64,000 nucleotides of DNA from positions 249,178,001-249,242,000 of the forward strand of contig OZ024742.1 in assembly GCA_964016885.1 (NCBI GenBank), given 5' to 3'. Both the position numbers and the translations under genes were made by a program. Within the stretch, counting starts at the first letter, position 1. The number at the start of each line of letters is the position of its first letter. Under the pieces are notes generated by a model. The model worked only from the letters and a program-made list of their open reading frames with translations, searched no databases and had not been told where the DNA came from. Positions 22,814-34,460 of this stretch are shown in pieces. This DNA is from Eledone cirrhosa. Its lineage: Eukaryota.

Positions 22814-25523
22814 GGGGGACATGATATGAAGCTTAAAAAACACTTGCGAGCAGTGAAGTGTTAAATCAACATATGAAAAATAAAATAAGAGGGATAGATG
22901 AGATTGGAAAAAAGGAAAGGAAGGGGGAAAGAAAAGGTAAGGAAGAGGGAGAAAGAATATAGATAGAAGAAAAAAATATAATAATAAGGAAAGGATGACG
23001 GAGGAGGAGTATAAGAAAGAAGGAGGAGAGGGGAGATGAAAATGAGTGAGTGAGAGAGATAACCTTTAACATTGTGAAACACTGTCTCACAGAGAAAAAT
23101 AAAAAAAAACCGTTGTAAGATAATACATAATTTAAAAAAATTAAGAAATTAAAAGTTAATGAGGTTTATGAATGTGGATGCTTATGATTAAAGAAAAAGG
23201 AATTAAGATTACTATTTATTTAAAGGGTTTAATAAGATGTGCGAAAAGGAATTTATTAAAATGTATTATTAAAATAAAATATATTAAGAAGATAAGGTGA
23301 ATGAAGATAAGGTTAAATGAATTATGAACTTAGAGGAATTATTTAGGGTCCAACTTTGTTTCTATATATTGTAATAGGAAAAAGTAAATAATAGATTTAA
23401 TACGAACATGGAAGGAGAGAAGAATGAAAAATTCAAGGAAGAAAAATATATATAACGTCAAAAAAATATGTTTACAAAATTTCTCTCATGGTAATGTTAG
23501 TATATATTAAAAATAAAAATGTGTATGGCCGAGAATATAAGGAAAATGCTATAGTGAATTGTAAGATGAATTAAGAAGTAATTAAATAGTAAAAGTTGCA
23601 GATTAAAGATTATAAATTCAAAAAGAAGGAAATTAGGAGACCGCTAAAGATATAGTATGAGTAATATTGTATAATATACTGAAATAAGGTACAAAGATGG
23701 GTATATTTATAAAAAATATAAAAGTGTTTGAGAAAAAAAGATTTTAAACTAATTAGGTAGTAAGAGCTGTATACTTTGTGGAAAGTTCTATGGAAGTTAT
23801 GCAAGCAGAGCAAAAATAAATCCGTACGTATATTTATTATAGAATTAAAATTAGAGATAATGGTAAATTTCTCCGCTAGGCAGAGATTACATGTTCTGGA
23901 TAGGGAAGATTTAAGGTAAGGAGAGGCGTTGCAAACCTTTCTCCAAGAAATGTTGTAGTTAATATTGTTGTCCTTTAAGGACCATATGAGTTCTGAGAGT
24001 GCTGTGTTAGTTCTTTTAAGTTGGTATTTAAAAGAAGAATTGTGATTATAAAATCTTGCCTTAAAGGAAGTGGAAGTGGAACCAAAATAGGAAAAAGAAT
24101 TAGTACCTTACATTCATACACTAAATTGTTATCAAGACGTTGGTTACTAGGAGGAGATTTAGTTCTAATAGGGCAATTGCAATACGATTAGAGAAATCAC
24201 CAGAGTTATTAGCAAGTGATCCAGTATATTTATAGAAGGAATTGGATTGGAGAAGTTACTTACGATAGGTGCTAAAGTTTCCTGATTTAGATTGGTATTA
24301 TGAACATTCGACAAAGTTACGTTTGACGTCGTATTTAAATTTATGGAATCTAGCCTAGAGTTAACATTGACGTCGGGCTTACTATTGTTATTATTATGAC
24401 GCTCAGTGTTGGATGGATATGATTTATTACTTAATATTTTAGTATTATGTTTTGAGATAATGTTAGAGATGTTGGAAGTGGTGGAATAATATAATTTAAT
24501 TGTATGCTTATTAAAGATCTTACTATAAATATGTAAAGGAGGGAAGCATTTATCTAAGGCCCTAAAAAATAGTTTAGGAATATTACTAATAATAGATAGA
24601 GAAAAAGGAGCGTTCTACCAAATTATGTTTTTATATCTAGGTCTTTTTGTATGCTATTGGAATGCTTATAACTAACTATATTACTATAAGTTCCTCCATG
24701 ATTGGTTTCTTTACTGTATTTAATTTTGTCAGGATAACCGGCTCTGGGAAGCGCATTGTTGTAATAATTGGCTTTAGCGTCAAGATAAGTTTATTAGAAG
24801 ATAGATTTGAGATTCTTTTTTTCAATATTACTGACTATAGCATTTTTAACGTTAATAGGGTGGTTAGATTTAAAATTAACATAATTTAGATTCTCATTGT
24901 CTTTATGGTAAGGGTAATATAGGCCGGTGTCAAAGAAGTTAGCTAGTTTGACGTTGTTTTCAAATTCAATTTTAAGGTTATAGTGCTTAAATAGATCAAG
25001 TATATTATTCTTAATAATATTAAGGTTAACAAAGTTACAGTTTAAGACAGTAAAAAGGGCATCGTCACGATAAATTCTACCGCGAAGTTGAGGAATTTTC
25101 CGATTTAAAGAATTCAAAATAAAGATTCCAATCAAGTCCGTCAATTGCGCTGAATCTGACGAACCCATTGTGATATCAAAATTGTTGGAAGTATCAGCTC
25201 TAGTCCAATATTCGTTGTTGAATTCCAGGATAGTTTTTCTTGCGGTGAGAATGATGTACAGTTCATCTGTGGTGATGTCAGAATATTTAAATGCAAAAGA
25301 AAGAGTGTTGTTGAGGAGTGAAGGCGAAATAGAAGAGTAGTAACTGGCAATGTCAAACTAAATAATTTTTTGTTTGTTTTTTTATTCAGGTCATTGAACC
25401 AGTCAATTATATCAGATGTACCAATCCATAAATTTAAGTTAGAAATAGAGCAATTAGAACGAACCTGTGGGATAATTCTATCGAAGATGGATTTACTAAC
25501 AACCCCCAGGTTTTATATGATTT

Positions 25524-25609
<86 letters not shown>

Positions 25610-25639
25610 AGATCAAAAGATGGTTAAAAGAGTTCCAAG

Positions 25640-25707
25640 TATTTTATTATGCGCATTTCAAAAACAAATATCATGGGATGATATCTGCGTTCTCATCAGA
25701 TAAAATA
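25640..25707 (-). ncRNA. Minimal type I hammerhead in the upstream pLTR (palindromic TGCGCA)
   Basis: rc tattttat-CTGATGA-stem II-GAAA-tgcgca-TA-ataaaata. Confidence 0.85.
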
Positions 25708-26594
25708 GTGAGACATGATATGAAGCTTAAAAAACACTTGTGAATAGTGAAGTTTTAAATCAACATATGAAAAATAAATTAAGATTGATGTATGAGATTG
25801 GGAAAAAAGTGAGGGGGGAGGTTGGAAAAGGTAAGGAAGAGGAAGAGATGAGAGTAAAGAATAATGGGGGAGGAGTATAAGAAGGAAGGATGAGAGAGGA
25901 GGAGAGATGGGTGATAGAGAGAGAGAGATAGCCTTTACAACTAAGAAAAATATATATATTATCTCACAGAGAGAAATTAAAAAGCCGTTGGAAGATAATT
26001 GATAATTTAAAAGATTTTGAAATTAAAAGTTAATGAGGTTTATGCATGAAGAAAAAGGAATTAAGAATAGTATTAAATTAAGGTTTGTATATAGAAGGGT
26101 TTAATAATATGTGCGAGGAAAAGAATTTATTAATATGTATTGTTAAAATAAAAATAAAAATATTAATGTTATTAAGGATATAATGTGTTAAGAAGGAGAA
26201 GAATGAATGAGTTATGAATTTAGAGGAATTAGTTAGGGTTTAAGTTTGTTTTTATGTAATGTAATATGTGTACGTAAATAGTTTGTTTAAAAATGAGCGC
26301 GGAAGGAAAGAAGAAAAGAATGTTTAAGGAAGAAAATATCTAACATCAAAAAGTATATATGTTTACGAAATATTTTCTAATGGTAATAATATAATATATT
26401 AAAAGAAATTAGTTAGGGTTTAAGTTTGTTTTTATGTATTGTAATATGTAAAAGTCAAACTAAGTACTAGTTTAAAACGAGCATCTTTTGATGTTATATT
26501 ATTTATACTCCAGTCCTACAAACTGTAGAGTGCTACTTATCCGATATTTGCATTGGTTTATTGTGCTACAATAAATATTGTAGCACAATAAACC

Positions 26595-26648
<54 letters not shown>

Positions 26649-26659
26649 GTGAATGTGTA

Positions 26660-27045
26660 TGTTGACACTTGGAATATACCTTAAGAGAAACATGGCAATA
26701 ATGATAGGCACTCAATATTTGAACTGCTTTATAGAATTCTCTTGGCCTTTATTACTCTAAGTAGAGCTTTATAGAATTAGCTTTTAAAGAATTAGCTTTT
26801 AATGAATTCCCTTTTCTTTCAACCAATGACCTCCACCCATCCCACTCCCCACCCTCTCCTACTACCTGAAAAAATATAAATACCACAATATTTATTTTGG
26901 ACAGCCAGATTCCTGATGATTTCTAAAGAATGAAACAGTTCTAGTTCTGTAGAATCTCATCTATATTAAAACTTTTATACTCTGCTATGTATTGAGTACT
27001 TTACTTACTGTGGTTACCTCCGATTCAACCCGGAATAACTTACCT
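26660..27045 (+). mobile_element. Solo pLTR-like / retrozyme-like element (CCAAT, TATA, hammerhead, ATTAAA)
   Basis: CCAAT 26823, TATAAATA 26875, HHR 26907-26957, ATTAAA 26965. Flanked by microsatellites. Boundaries are approximate. Confidence 0.6.
26907..26957 (+). ncRNA. Type I hammerhead ribozyme with GUA cleavage triplet
   Basis: agattc-CTGATGA-t ttc taaa gaa t-GAAA-cag ttctagtt ctg-TA-gaatct. Stem I is 6 bp, stems II and III are 3 bp. Confidence 0.87.
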
Positions 27046-27078
27046 ATATATATATATATATAGTTATATATATATATA

Positions 27079-27518
27079 TTGCCGACAGTGCTTAATGGGA
27101 GTGAGACCCGGAAGAGTACGGCAAAAATAGAGAGACGGCTGAACGCTTTCCACCAGCGGTGCCTGCGAAAGATCCTTCGTGTGTCCTGGCGCGACCGAGT
27201 ACGAAACGAGGAGATCTTGCGGAGGGCCGAGTCGTGGACGCTACAGAGAGTGGTCACGGAGCGTCGGTGCCGTCTGGCTGGCCATATTCTGCGTCTGCCA
27301 AATGAACGGCATTCGAAAACAGCGATGGACTGGACTCCGCCTAGCGGTAAACGTAGGCGGGGTTGCCCAAGGATCACCTTCCGACGAACGTTCCGGAAGG
27401 GCCTGATGACAGCCAACATCACCTGGCACGGCCTTGAAAAAGTTGCCGCTGATCGTGACCGTTGGCGAGTACTTACAACTCGATGCGCCGAACGGCGCGG
27501 AAGAATCTAAGACTAAGA
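27079..27518 (+). mobile_element. RTE LINE 3' fragment with (CTAAGA) tail
   Basis: LNGSET..RLNAFHQRCLRKILRVSWRDRVRNEEIL..LAGHILR..GKRRRGCPRIT. Ends AATCTAAGACTAAGA. Confidence 0.9.
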
Positions 27519-27562
27519 TATATATATAAAACTGTTGTTGTCTCTCTCTGTGTGTGTGGGGT

Positions 27563-27600
<38 letters not shown>

Positions 27601-27790
27601 TCATTTTTGCAAAGTCTATACAAATCCACATTTCATTCTCCGATTGACTTCAAACTTGCATTTATATATTCCTTGCGGTCTAAAGATATTAACTGCAGCT
27701 TTTATTTTTCAATTTTATGTTGTTAAAGGAGTGTTAGGCACCGGTTATCCATCTCCGTCACGCTCTTATAATATCTGTCTGTATGCCTAG
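27519..27790 (+). mobile_element. Probable non-autonomous Helitron-like fragment
   Basis: TATATATATAAAACTG-(TG)n-..CCGATTGACTTCAAACTT start parallels 28018-28240. Ends in CTAG without a clear hairpin. Confidence 0.4.
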
Positions 27791-28017
27791 CTGTCTGCAT
27801 TACGACGAACATTGATGACGTATTATGTTCGTTATTATCCATTCATTGCCAGGGAACGTCTTCACGAACCAAAGTATCGTCTTCCTGTTTTCCTTCGGTT
27901 GCAACGTTTTTCGAAATATTTACTTCTGCGTTCACAGATTGATGTGTTTAGTTTCAGAAGATCCCGTTAATGGTGAAAGCAACGATTCTTTGCTTAAACT
28001 TTAATCTGTGATTTTAA

Positions 28018-28125
28018 TCTATATATGTATATATATAAAACTGAGGAAGGATGTATGTATGTATGTACGTATGTATGTATGTATATGTGTGTGTATGTAT
28101 GTATGTATGTGTGTGTGTGTGTGTT

Positions 28126-28207
<82 letters not shown>

Positions 28208-28762
28208 CCGAGAAGTACCCAACCGATTTTTTTCAAACTTTACATGTGTAGTACTTATGTTTCAGGGAGTGTTATGCAATAAAAAAATTCACCTAGGTGA
28301 AAAACTGCGTTTTTTTTTCAGCGCTTTATGTTTTTTTTTTAGGCGTTACGTCAGACCGATTTCCTTGAAATTGTAACTATGTAGTAGTCAGTCTCTTCTT
28401 CAGACCGTGAGGAAAGAAAATCCAACTTTTTTATGGCCTATGGCCCGTATTAGGTGAAAAGCTTCATTTTTTCAGCTGTTTAGGGCTTTTTTGAGGCGTT
28501 ACGTTTAGCCGATTTTCCGGAAATTTCAAGGCATATTATGCACATAAAAAAATTCATTTTCTTGATCCCCTAGGGCCCGCATTAGGTGAAAACCTGCATT
28601 TTTCCTGCTTCATCGAGGAAAATCTTAGATTATCCTGCCATCAGAGTATTCGGTTTATTTTCTTGACATATTTTCCAGGCATGCAGTTTTTCCACGATTA
28701 GGTCTGTTGGCGGCCCGCGTTCCAAAATACCTTATCCGGTACAATGCCGGTTACCACTGCTA

Positions 28763-28763
<1 letters not shown>
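28018..28763 (+). mobile_element. Non-autonomous Helitron (A|TC...hairpin...CTAG|T)
   Basis: 5' TCTATATA after A. 3' hairpin CCGGT-ACAAT-GCCGG 9 nt before CTAG|T. Internal ~130-160 bp subrepeats beginning TAGGTGAAAA. The 3' end is shared with 39995-40119. Confidence 0.8.
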
Positions 28764-28849
<86 letters not shown>

Positions 28850-29160
28850 ATGGCCAAATGAATATGCACGTGTGTTCTTTTCTCCCCATCTTTTTAACAT
28901 TTTCCTCGTTCCTTACTGTCACCAATTTTTGCTTTACATGTATCTTCTATTTCTAACTTTATCTTCTGATGAAAGGCTAGTGTCCCTACGTTAAGACTCT
29001 CTTCCTGCTATTTCAAGCGTTAAACTAATATATTTCTTCCATATACTGTGCCATTTGTTTTGCTATTTTTTGTTATTATACTTTTTACCCACCCCACTAT
29101 GTATGTATGTATGTATGTATGTATGTATGTATGTATGTATGTATGTTTGTATATATGTAT

Positions 29161-29520
29161 GTTCTTCTAGTTTTATAATTTCACAAATTTTACCAATAGA
29201 GAGAGAGAGAGCCGGTTTCTAACATAGATACAAGACTCTCTCATTGGAATTTACACAACATCAACTAGGTAGATATGTATGTGTGGATGTGTATGTTTTG
29301 AGTTGTATGTGTTCATGTGCATATGCTTGGTATCTGTACAAGTGTATATGCAGTTATTAGATACAGAACTTTTGGAATGTTTTACATATTTTTACTGTTC
29401 CAGTAATGGATTGTACTTGTAATTTCCTCACTAGTCGTGTTCTTCCTGTTTCTGTGAAGCCCAGATTTTCAAGATTTGTATGTGTCAGGCTGCTCTCGAG
29501 TGCTACTGGTAACATGTAAC
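29161..29520 (-). mobile_element. R4/Dong-like LINE 3' end, next to (TATG)n
   Basis: LVRKLQVQSITGTVKICKTFQKFCI* and a 3' UTR near-identical to 34461-34800. Confidence 0.88.
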
Positions 29521-29529
29521 CCAGTACTA

Positions 29530-32500
29530 CCTGTCTCATGGTCGGGTCGTCGGCCACTAAACCGGCAACCCCACCAAGTTTGCTTGGTGAGGAGGGTGAT
29601 ATTTGGACACCCTACGGCATGAAATACAAGATTCGGCAAAGGGCGTAGGAACTCAGCAGAGTCAACGTCTATCCAAATAGTACTTTTTCTCTTTTTTTTT
29701 ACCTGGGAGTGAAGGGCCCCCAGTTGTTGTCACAACACCTTTCTAGGAGGGAACCTCTTAAAAGAAACCTGCAGCTTCGGAAGCATCCGATGATGTTGAC
29801 CAGTTCTCCTTTTCGAGTAGTGTTTTCGATGGTCAGAGAGTGGGATTGGTCGCGTGCAAGGCCTTTCCCCACTTAAAAAACCTTCAACGCACAGGCATCG
29901 CTTGTTCAGAATCTGTTACAGGTTCGTGTGGCTGGCCGTAGCCTAAAGGTGCACCAAACTCTATGATGACAGATGATAACCTTGAAGTCAATGGCATTAA
30001 GGGCTCTAGAACTTATTGTGAAGGGGTCTACCCAGCAGGTGTCCCATGGCTCCGCAGCGTGGGCCCCGTCGTCATACTACAACTGCAAGGAGGTTCAAAC
30101 CTCTGAATATTGGATGCTGGAATGTAAGATATTTACTGGATTCCCAGTCCAGTAAAACTCGCCCTGAAAGAAGATCTGCTTTGGTGTCGAGGGAACTCAA
30201 TCGCTATAGCATGGACATCGTTGCTCTTTCAGAAACGAGATTAACAGGTGAGGGTCAATTCACAGAGCAGAATGGAAGATATACCTTCTATTGGAGTGGT
30301 GGAGCAGAGGGTTGTAGGAGAGAGGTAGGGGGGTCGCATTTGCTGTCAGGAGTGGAATCGTCTCAATGCTGGAAATCTTCCTTGTGGATTCTATGATCGG
30401 ATAATGCCCATGAGAGTCCCTCGGATTCAAAACCGCTTTGTGACTCTGGTCAGTGTGTACGCTCCTACCATGTGTGCCAGTGAGGATGAAAAACTAAGTT
30501 TCTACATGTCTTTGAGAGAGGTCATCCATGGTATACCTTATGCAGACAAGACTGTCATCCTTGGTGATTTTAATGCACGTGTTGGTAATGACTGGGAAGC
30601 GTGGTGAGTGATGGGCAAACATGGAGTAGGTAAGTGCAATAACAATGGCCTACTTCTGTTGCAGATGTGCACTGAGATGGATCTTGTTGTTGGGAACACG
30701 CTCTTTCAGCAGAAAGACAAATATAAGACAAATTGGATGCATCATTTTAACGACAAAATGTGATATCAGGGATATCACGTTGGTTCGTGTATTGCGAGGC
30801 GCGGCATGTTGGACTGATCATCGTCTGGTGCGCGACAAATTTCAATTTGTTGTGAATCCCAAAGTAAGGGGGAAGAAGTTTGCACTTCCAAAACAACTAA
30901 ACGTGGCTCGTCTGAAAACAGAGAAAGTCAGAGCTGAGCTCTCGAGGTCCCTTGAGTCCATGGAATGTGTAAATACTTGGGAATCATTGAATAAAACCGT
31001 CTATGATGATAGTGCTGGAGTTTTGGGTCATACCAATAGAAAGCATAAAGACTGGTTCGATGAAAATGATCCAGTGATCCAGACCTTGCTTGAAGAGAAA
31101 CAAAAAGTGCTGACATCATTGTCGTGTGAGACACGTTCTGACAGGAGTGACCGGACCTTCAGGCAGATCAAGGCACGTGTGCAACATCGATTGAGAGCCA
31201 AGCAGGATACCTGCTGGAGCCAAAAGGCTGATGAAATCCAGAAGGCCTCAGATAGACATGATACAAAGCTCCTATACAGTCTTCTCAGGGAGGTGTGTGG
31301 TCCGACCGGTTCTCAAATATCACCACTTCGCTCAGGGGACGGCAAGGAATTGCTGAGAGATCCGAAGGAAATCCTGATCAGGTGGCATGATCACTTTGAT
31401 GAGCTTCTCAACAGACCATCAGAAATTAATGATGAGTTCATCCGGTCGATTCCATCCAGACCTAGAAAGCTGACAATGGCTGATCCTCCTTCATTTGATG
31501 AGGTGGCGAAGGCCATTGCCAAATTAAACAGCGGTAAGTCACCTGGAATGAATGGACTGAGTGCCGAGATCTTCAAGTGTGCTGGTGATAACTTCTTAAA
31601 CCGCCTCACTGATCTCTTTGTGAATGTTTGGAATGAAGATGTGCCACAGGATTGGAAAGATGCATAGATCGTGGTACTTTACAAAGGAAAGGGAGCCAAA
31701 GATGACTGTGGCAACTACAGAGGTATTTTATCTGTGGCTGGGAAGATCTTGTGAAAGATATTGTTGGACAGATTGATACAGCACATTGCTGTTGAGGTAC
31801 TTCCTGAGTCCCAATGTGGCTTTAGGAATGGCAGAGGGACTGTTGACATGATCTTCTCCGCCAAACAACTTCAAGAGAAATGCATTGAGCAGTGCATAGA
31901 TTTATACCAAGTTATTCTCGATCTGACCAAGGCATTTGACACCGTTAATCGGAAGGCTTTGTGGGTTATTTTGGAGAGATCGGGCTGTCCTGAAAAGTTT
32001 GTGAACATTCTGAAACTCTTCCACGATGACATGCAGGCATGGGTGAATGCTGGATCTAAACTGTCTGAACCAATCTCGGTTGAAAATGGTGTCAAGCAGG
32101 GTGATATACCTGCACCGACTTTGTTTGCCTTGTATTTCGCGATGGTGTTCTTCATGGCCTTCAAGGATTGTCAACACGGTATCTATCTCAGATATCGCAC
32201 TTCCGGCAAGCTGTTTAATCTTAGGCGTCTCACTGCCCAAACTAAGATACTGAGTACCTTGATCAGGGAATTTTTATATGCAGATGATTGTGATCTCTTT
32301 GCACACTCCCAACGTGACATGTAACACCTTATGGATTTTTTTTCCAAAGTGTGCAGTGCTTTGGGACTGACAATCAGTCTGAAGAAGACTGTCGTCATGT
32401 ACCAACCTGCTCCGGTTAAAGTTTTCAATGAACGTATTCATATACGTATACGGTCAAAAGCCTGAAGGCTGCTGACACATTTGTGTATTTGTGGAGTACT

Positions 32501-33400
32501 CTGAGTGTCGCCTGCTCCCTGGATGCAGAAGTTGGTCTATATGTTAGTAAGGCAAGTGAGTCATTTGGAAGTCTCAACGACCGTCTTTGGTGCAGGCGAG
32601 GAATCACAATGAGGACCAAGGTGAGAGTGTATGCTGAATGCGTACTGTCAGCTTTGCTGTATGCATGCGACATGGGTTGCCTACAAACGGCATATCCACA
32701 GACTGGAACGGTTTCACCAGCAGTGTCTCAGAAAGATGCTCGGTATCAAGTAGCAGATGAATGTGAGTGATGTTGAGGTCCTTGAGAGAAGTGAGTGTCG
32801 GAGCATTGAGAGAATCATCCACCAACGGCGTTTGCGATGGACCGGACACCTCTGCAGAATGGAGGATGATTGAATCCCAAAACAACTCTTGTATGGCGGG
32901 CTCCGATTCAAGGATTGTGTAAAGGACTCATTGAAAAAAACTGGTTTGATGATGGCTGACTGGGAGATAGAAGCTCTTGAAAGAGAAGCTTGGAGTGGAA
33001 TGGTGAATGATGGGTCCATAATTTTGAGGACGCATAGGGCACGAGAAGATCAACTTGGATGTGCGTAAGCAATACCCTGGTGTATCTCTTGAAACGATCT
33101 GTGTCTCCATTGAATTGAAGTGCCCTGAGTGTGGAAAAATTTGCTTGAGCAAATCTGGTCTCAGGAGCCACAGTCGCAGCCATGTTCAAAGAGAACCAGT
33201 GAAGTATGATCTCCACGGTGTTGTGAGGGTTCACGAACAACATTATGCAGGACCTCAAGATAGGAAGATCCATAGTTGTCGTCAGTGTGTGAAGGAGTGC
33301 AAGTCTCTAGCAGGCTTGAAAAGACATATCCGAGCGTCACACATCTGAATCTGAGAAGCGATTGCAATATTGTTGGCAGAGTTTGCGGGACGGGCGGGAC
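29530..33400 (+). mobile_element. Near full-length RTE (BovB-like) LINE with 5' UTR, APE, RT and two C2H2 zinc fingers; decayed
   Basis: LNIGCWNVRYLLD..LSETR, LGDFNARVG, KSPGMNG, LDLTKAFD, GVKQGD, FLYADD, CPECGKICLSKSGLRSHSRSH and CRQCVKECKSLAGLKRHIRASH. Confidence 0.94.
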
Positions 33401-33859
33401 GCAATTGGAAAAAATGTCTTTAGATAAAAATATCAAGTCCATTCATGTGACATCTCATGCAAAACTGTTGGTGCTGGCGTTTTGTGTATGAATTGTTTTT
33501 TAGAAAAGTAAATGATGGTGCGCGTCTACCTGAAATGGAAAAAAAAAACGTGCGTAAGCATGAGTTTGTATGCGTGTGTGTGTGTTATTATAGATCTGTA
33601 CGAAGCTAAGAAGAAATATGTCTGTATATGTGAGTAAAAGAGTGTGTGTGTGCATGTAAGTACGAAGCAATGAGCAAAAGTATGTTAATATAAGGGTGTG
33701 TATCGGCATGTATCAGTAGTAAGACAAGCTGCTAATGATCAAGAGAAAACGATAGGAATCTAGGGGTGTGATAATGGACGGGGTATTAGAGAAATTGGGG
33801 AGGTGAGTTGAGTCCAAAAGGGGAATAGGGCCCAAGACGGTGAATCAGACATTGTTCAA

Positions 33860-34195
33860 TCCTGGTACGCCAGGCCTGTTATCCATGATGTGCATGTGTA
33901 TGTGTATGCCCGGGGGCATAGAAATAGTCGGGCTGGATACCCGGTCGCGCGGTTAGACCACTTGGAGTGAAGGACCCCTACCCTGTGTCAGGGAATTCTT
34001 CTATGAAAAGGCAACTCAAGAAATTGGGATAACTCCGACATAAAACATGCAGCTCAGTAGTTACCGATGAAGTTGATATTTTCTTTTTTTCGGGTTATAG
34101 CTACTGTTGCTCAGAAAGTGGGATTGGCCCAGTGCTATTAATAATGTTATATTATGCTATGGCCATACTCGATAACGAGGGAGCAGCCATCATGT
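33860..34195 (+). mobile_element. Non-autonomous bipartite RTE derivative (RTE 5' UTR-like + RTE 3' tail)
   Basis: GGAGTGAAGG..AAACATGCAGCT..CCGATGA..CAGAAAGTGGGATTGG matches the RTE 5' UTR at 29705-29860. Ends ATACTCGATAACGAGGGAGCAGCCATCATG. The left boundary is approximate. Confidence 0.72.
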
Positions 34196-34239
34196 ATATA
34201 TATATGCATGTATGTATGTATGTTTGCCATGTATGAGCC

Positions 34240-34350
34240 AAATGGTTCAAGTCTTTGGCTGGTTTAAAGAGCCATATTCGTGCTTCACATTTTTTAGCAT
34301 TTTATCGGGCGATGGCAATGCTCGAACACGAGTTTGCAGCCATAATGTAT
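34240..34350 (+). mobile_element. Very short 5'-truncated RTE 3' end
   Basis: AGLKSHIRASHF* (cf. 33310-33348), then the GCTCGAACACGAGTTTGCAGCCAT tail. Confidence 0.8.
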
Positions 34351-34460
34351 GTTTGTATACACATATGCAGGTATGTATGTATGTATGTATGTATGTATGT
34401 ATGTATGTATGTATGTATGTATGTATGTATGTATGTATGTATGTATGTATGTATGTATGT

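Larger units (their letters stand above)
22631..26575 (-). mobile_element. Penelope-like element with tandem pLTRs and an inverted terminal segment
   Basis: RT MGSSDSAQLTDLIG..IYRDDA (24794-25168). GIY-YIG YFGSTSTSFKARFYNH..CNLCLAEKFTII (~23855-24095). Direct repeats ~22700-23520 and ~25600-26400. 22631-22726 is inverted at 26482-26575. Confidence 0.92.

Noticed and set aside
28962-28997. tctt-CTGATGA..cgtt-aaga hammerhead-like relic
   Set aside because: The GAAA half is missing. Too decayed to call as a feature.
33055-33348. Host C2H2 zinc-finger gene
   Set aside because: Contiguous with the RTE ORF and paralleled in the other RTE copy.
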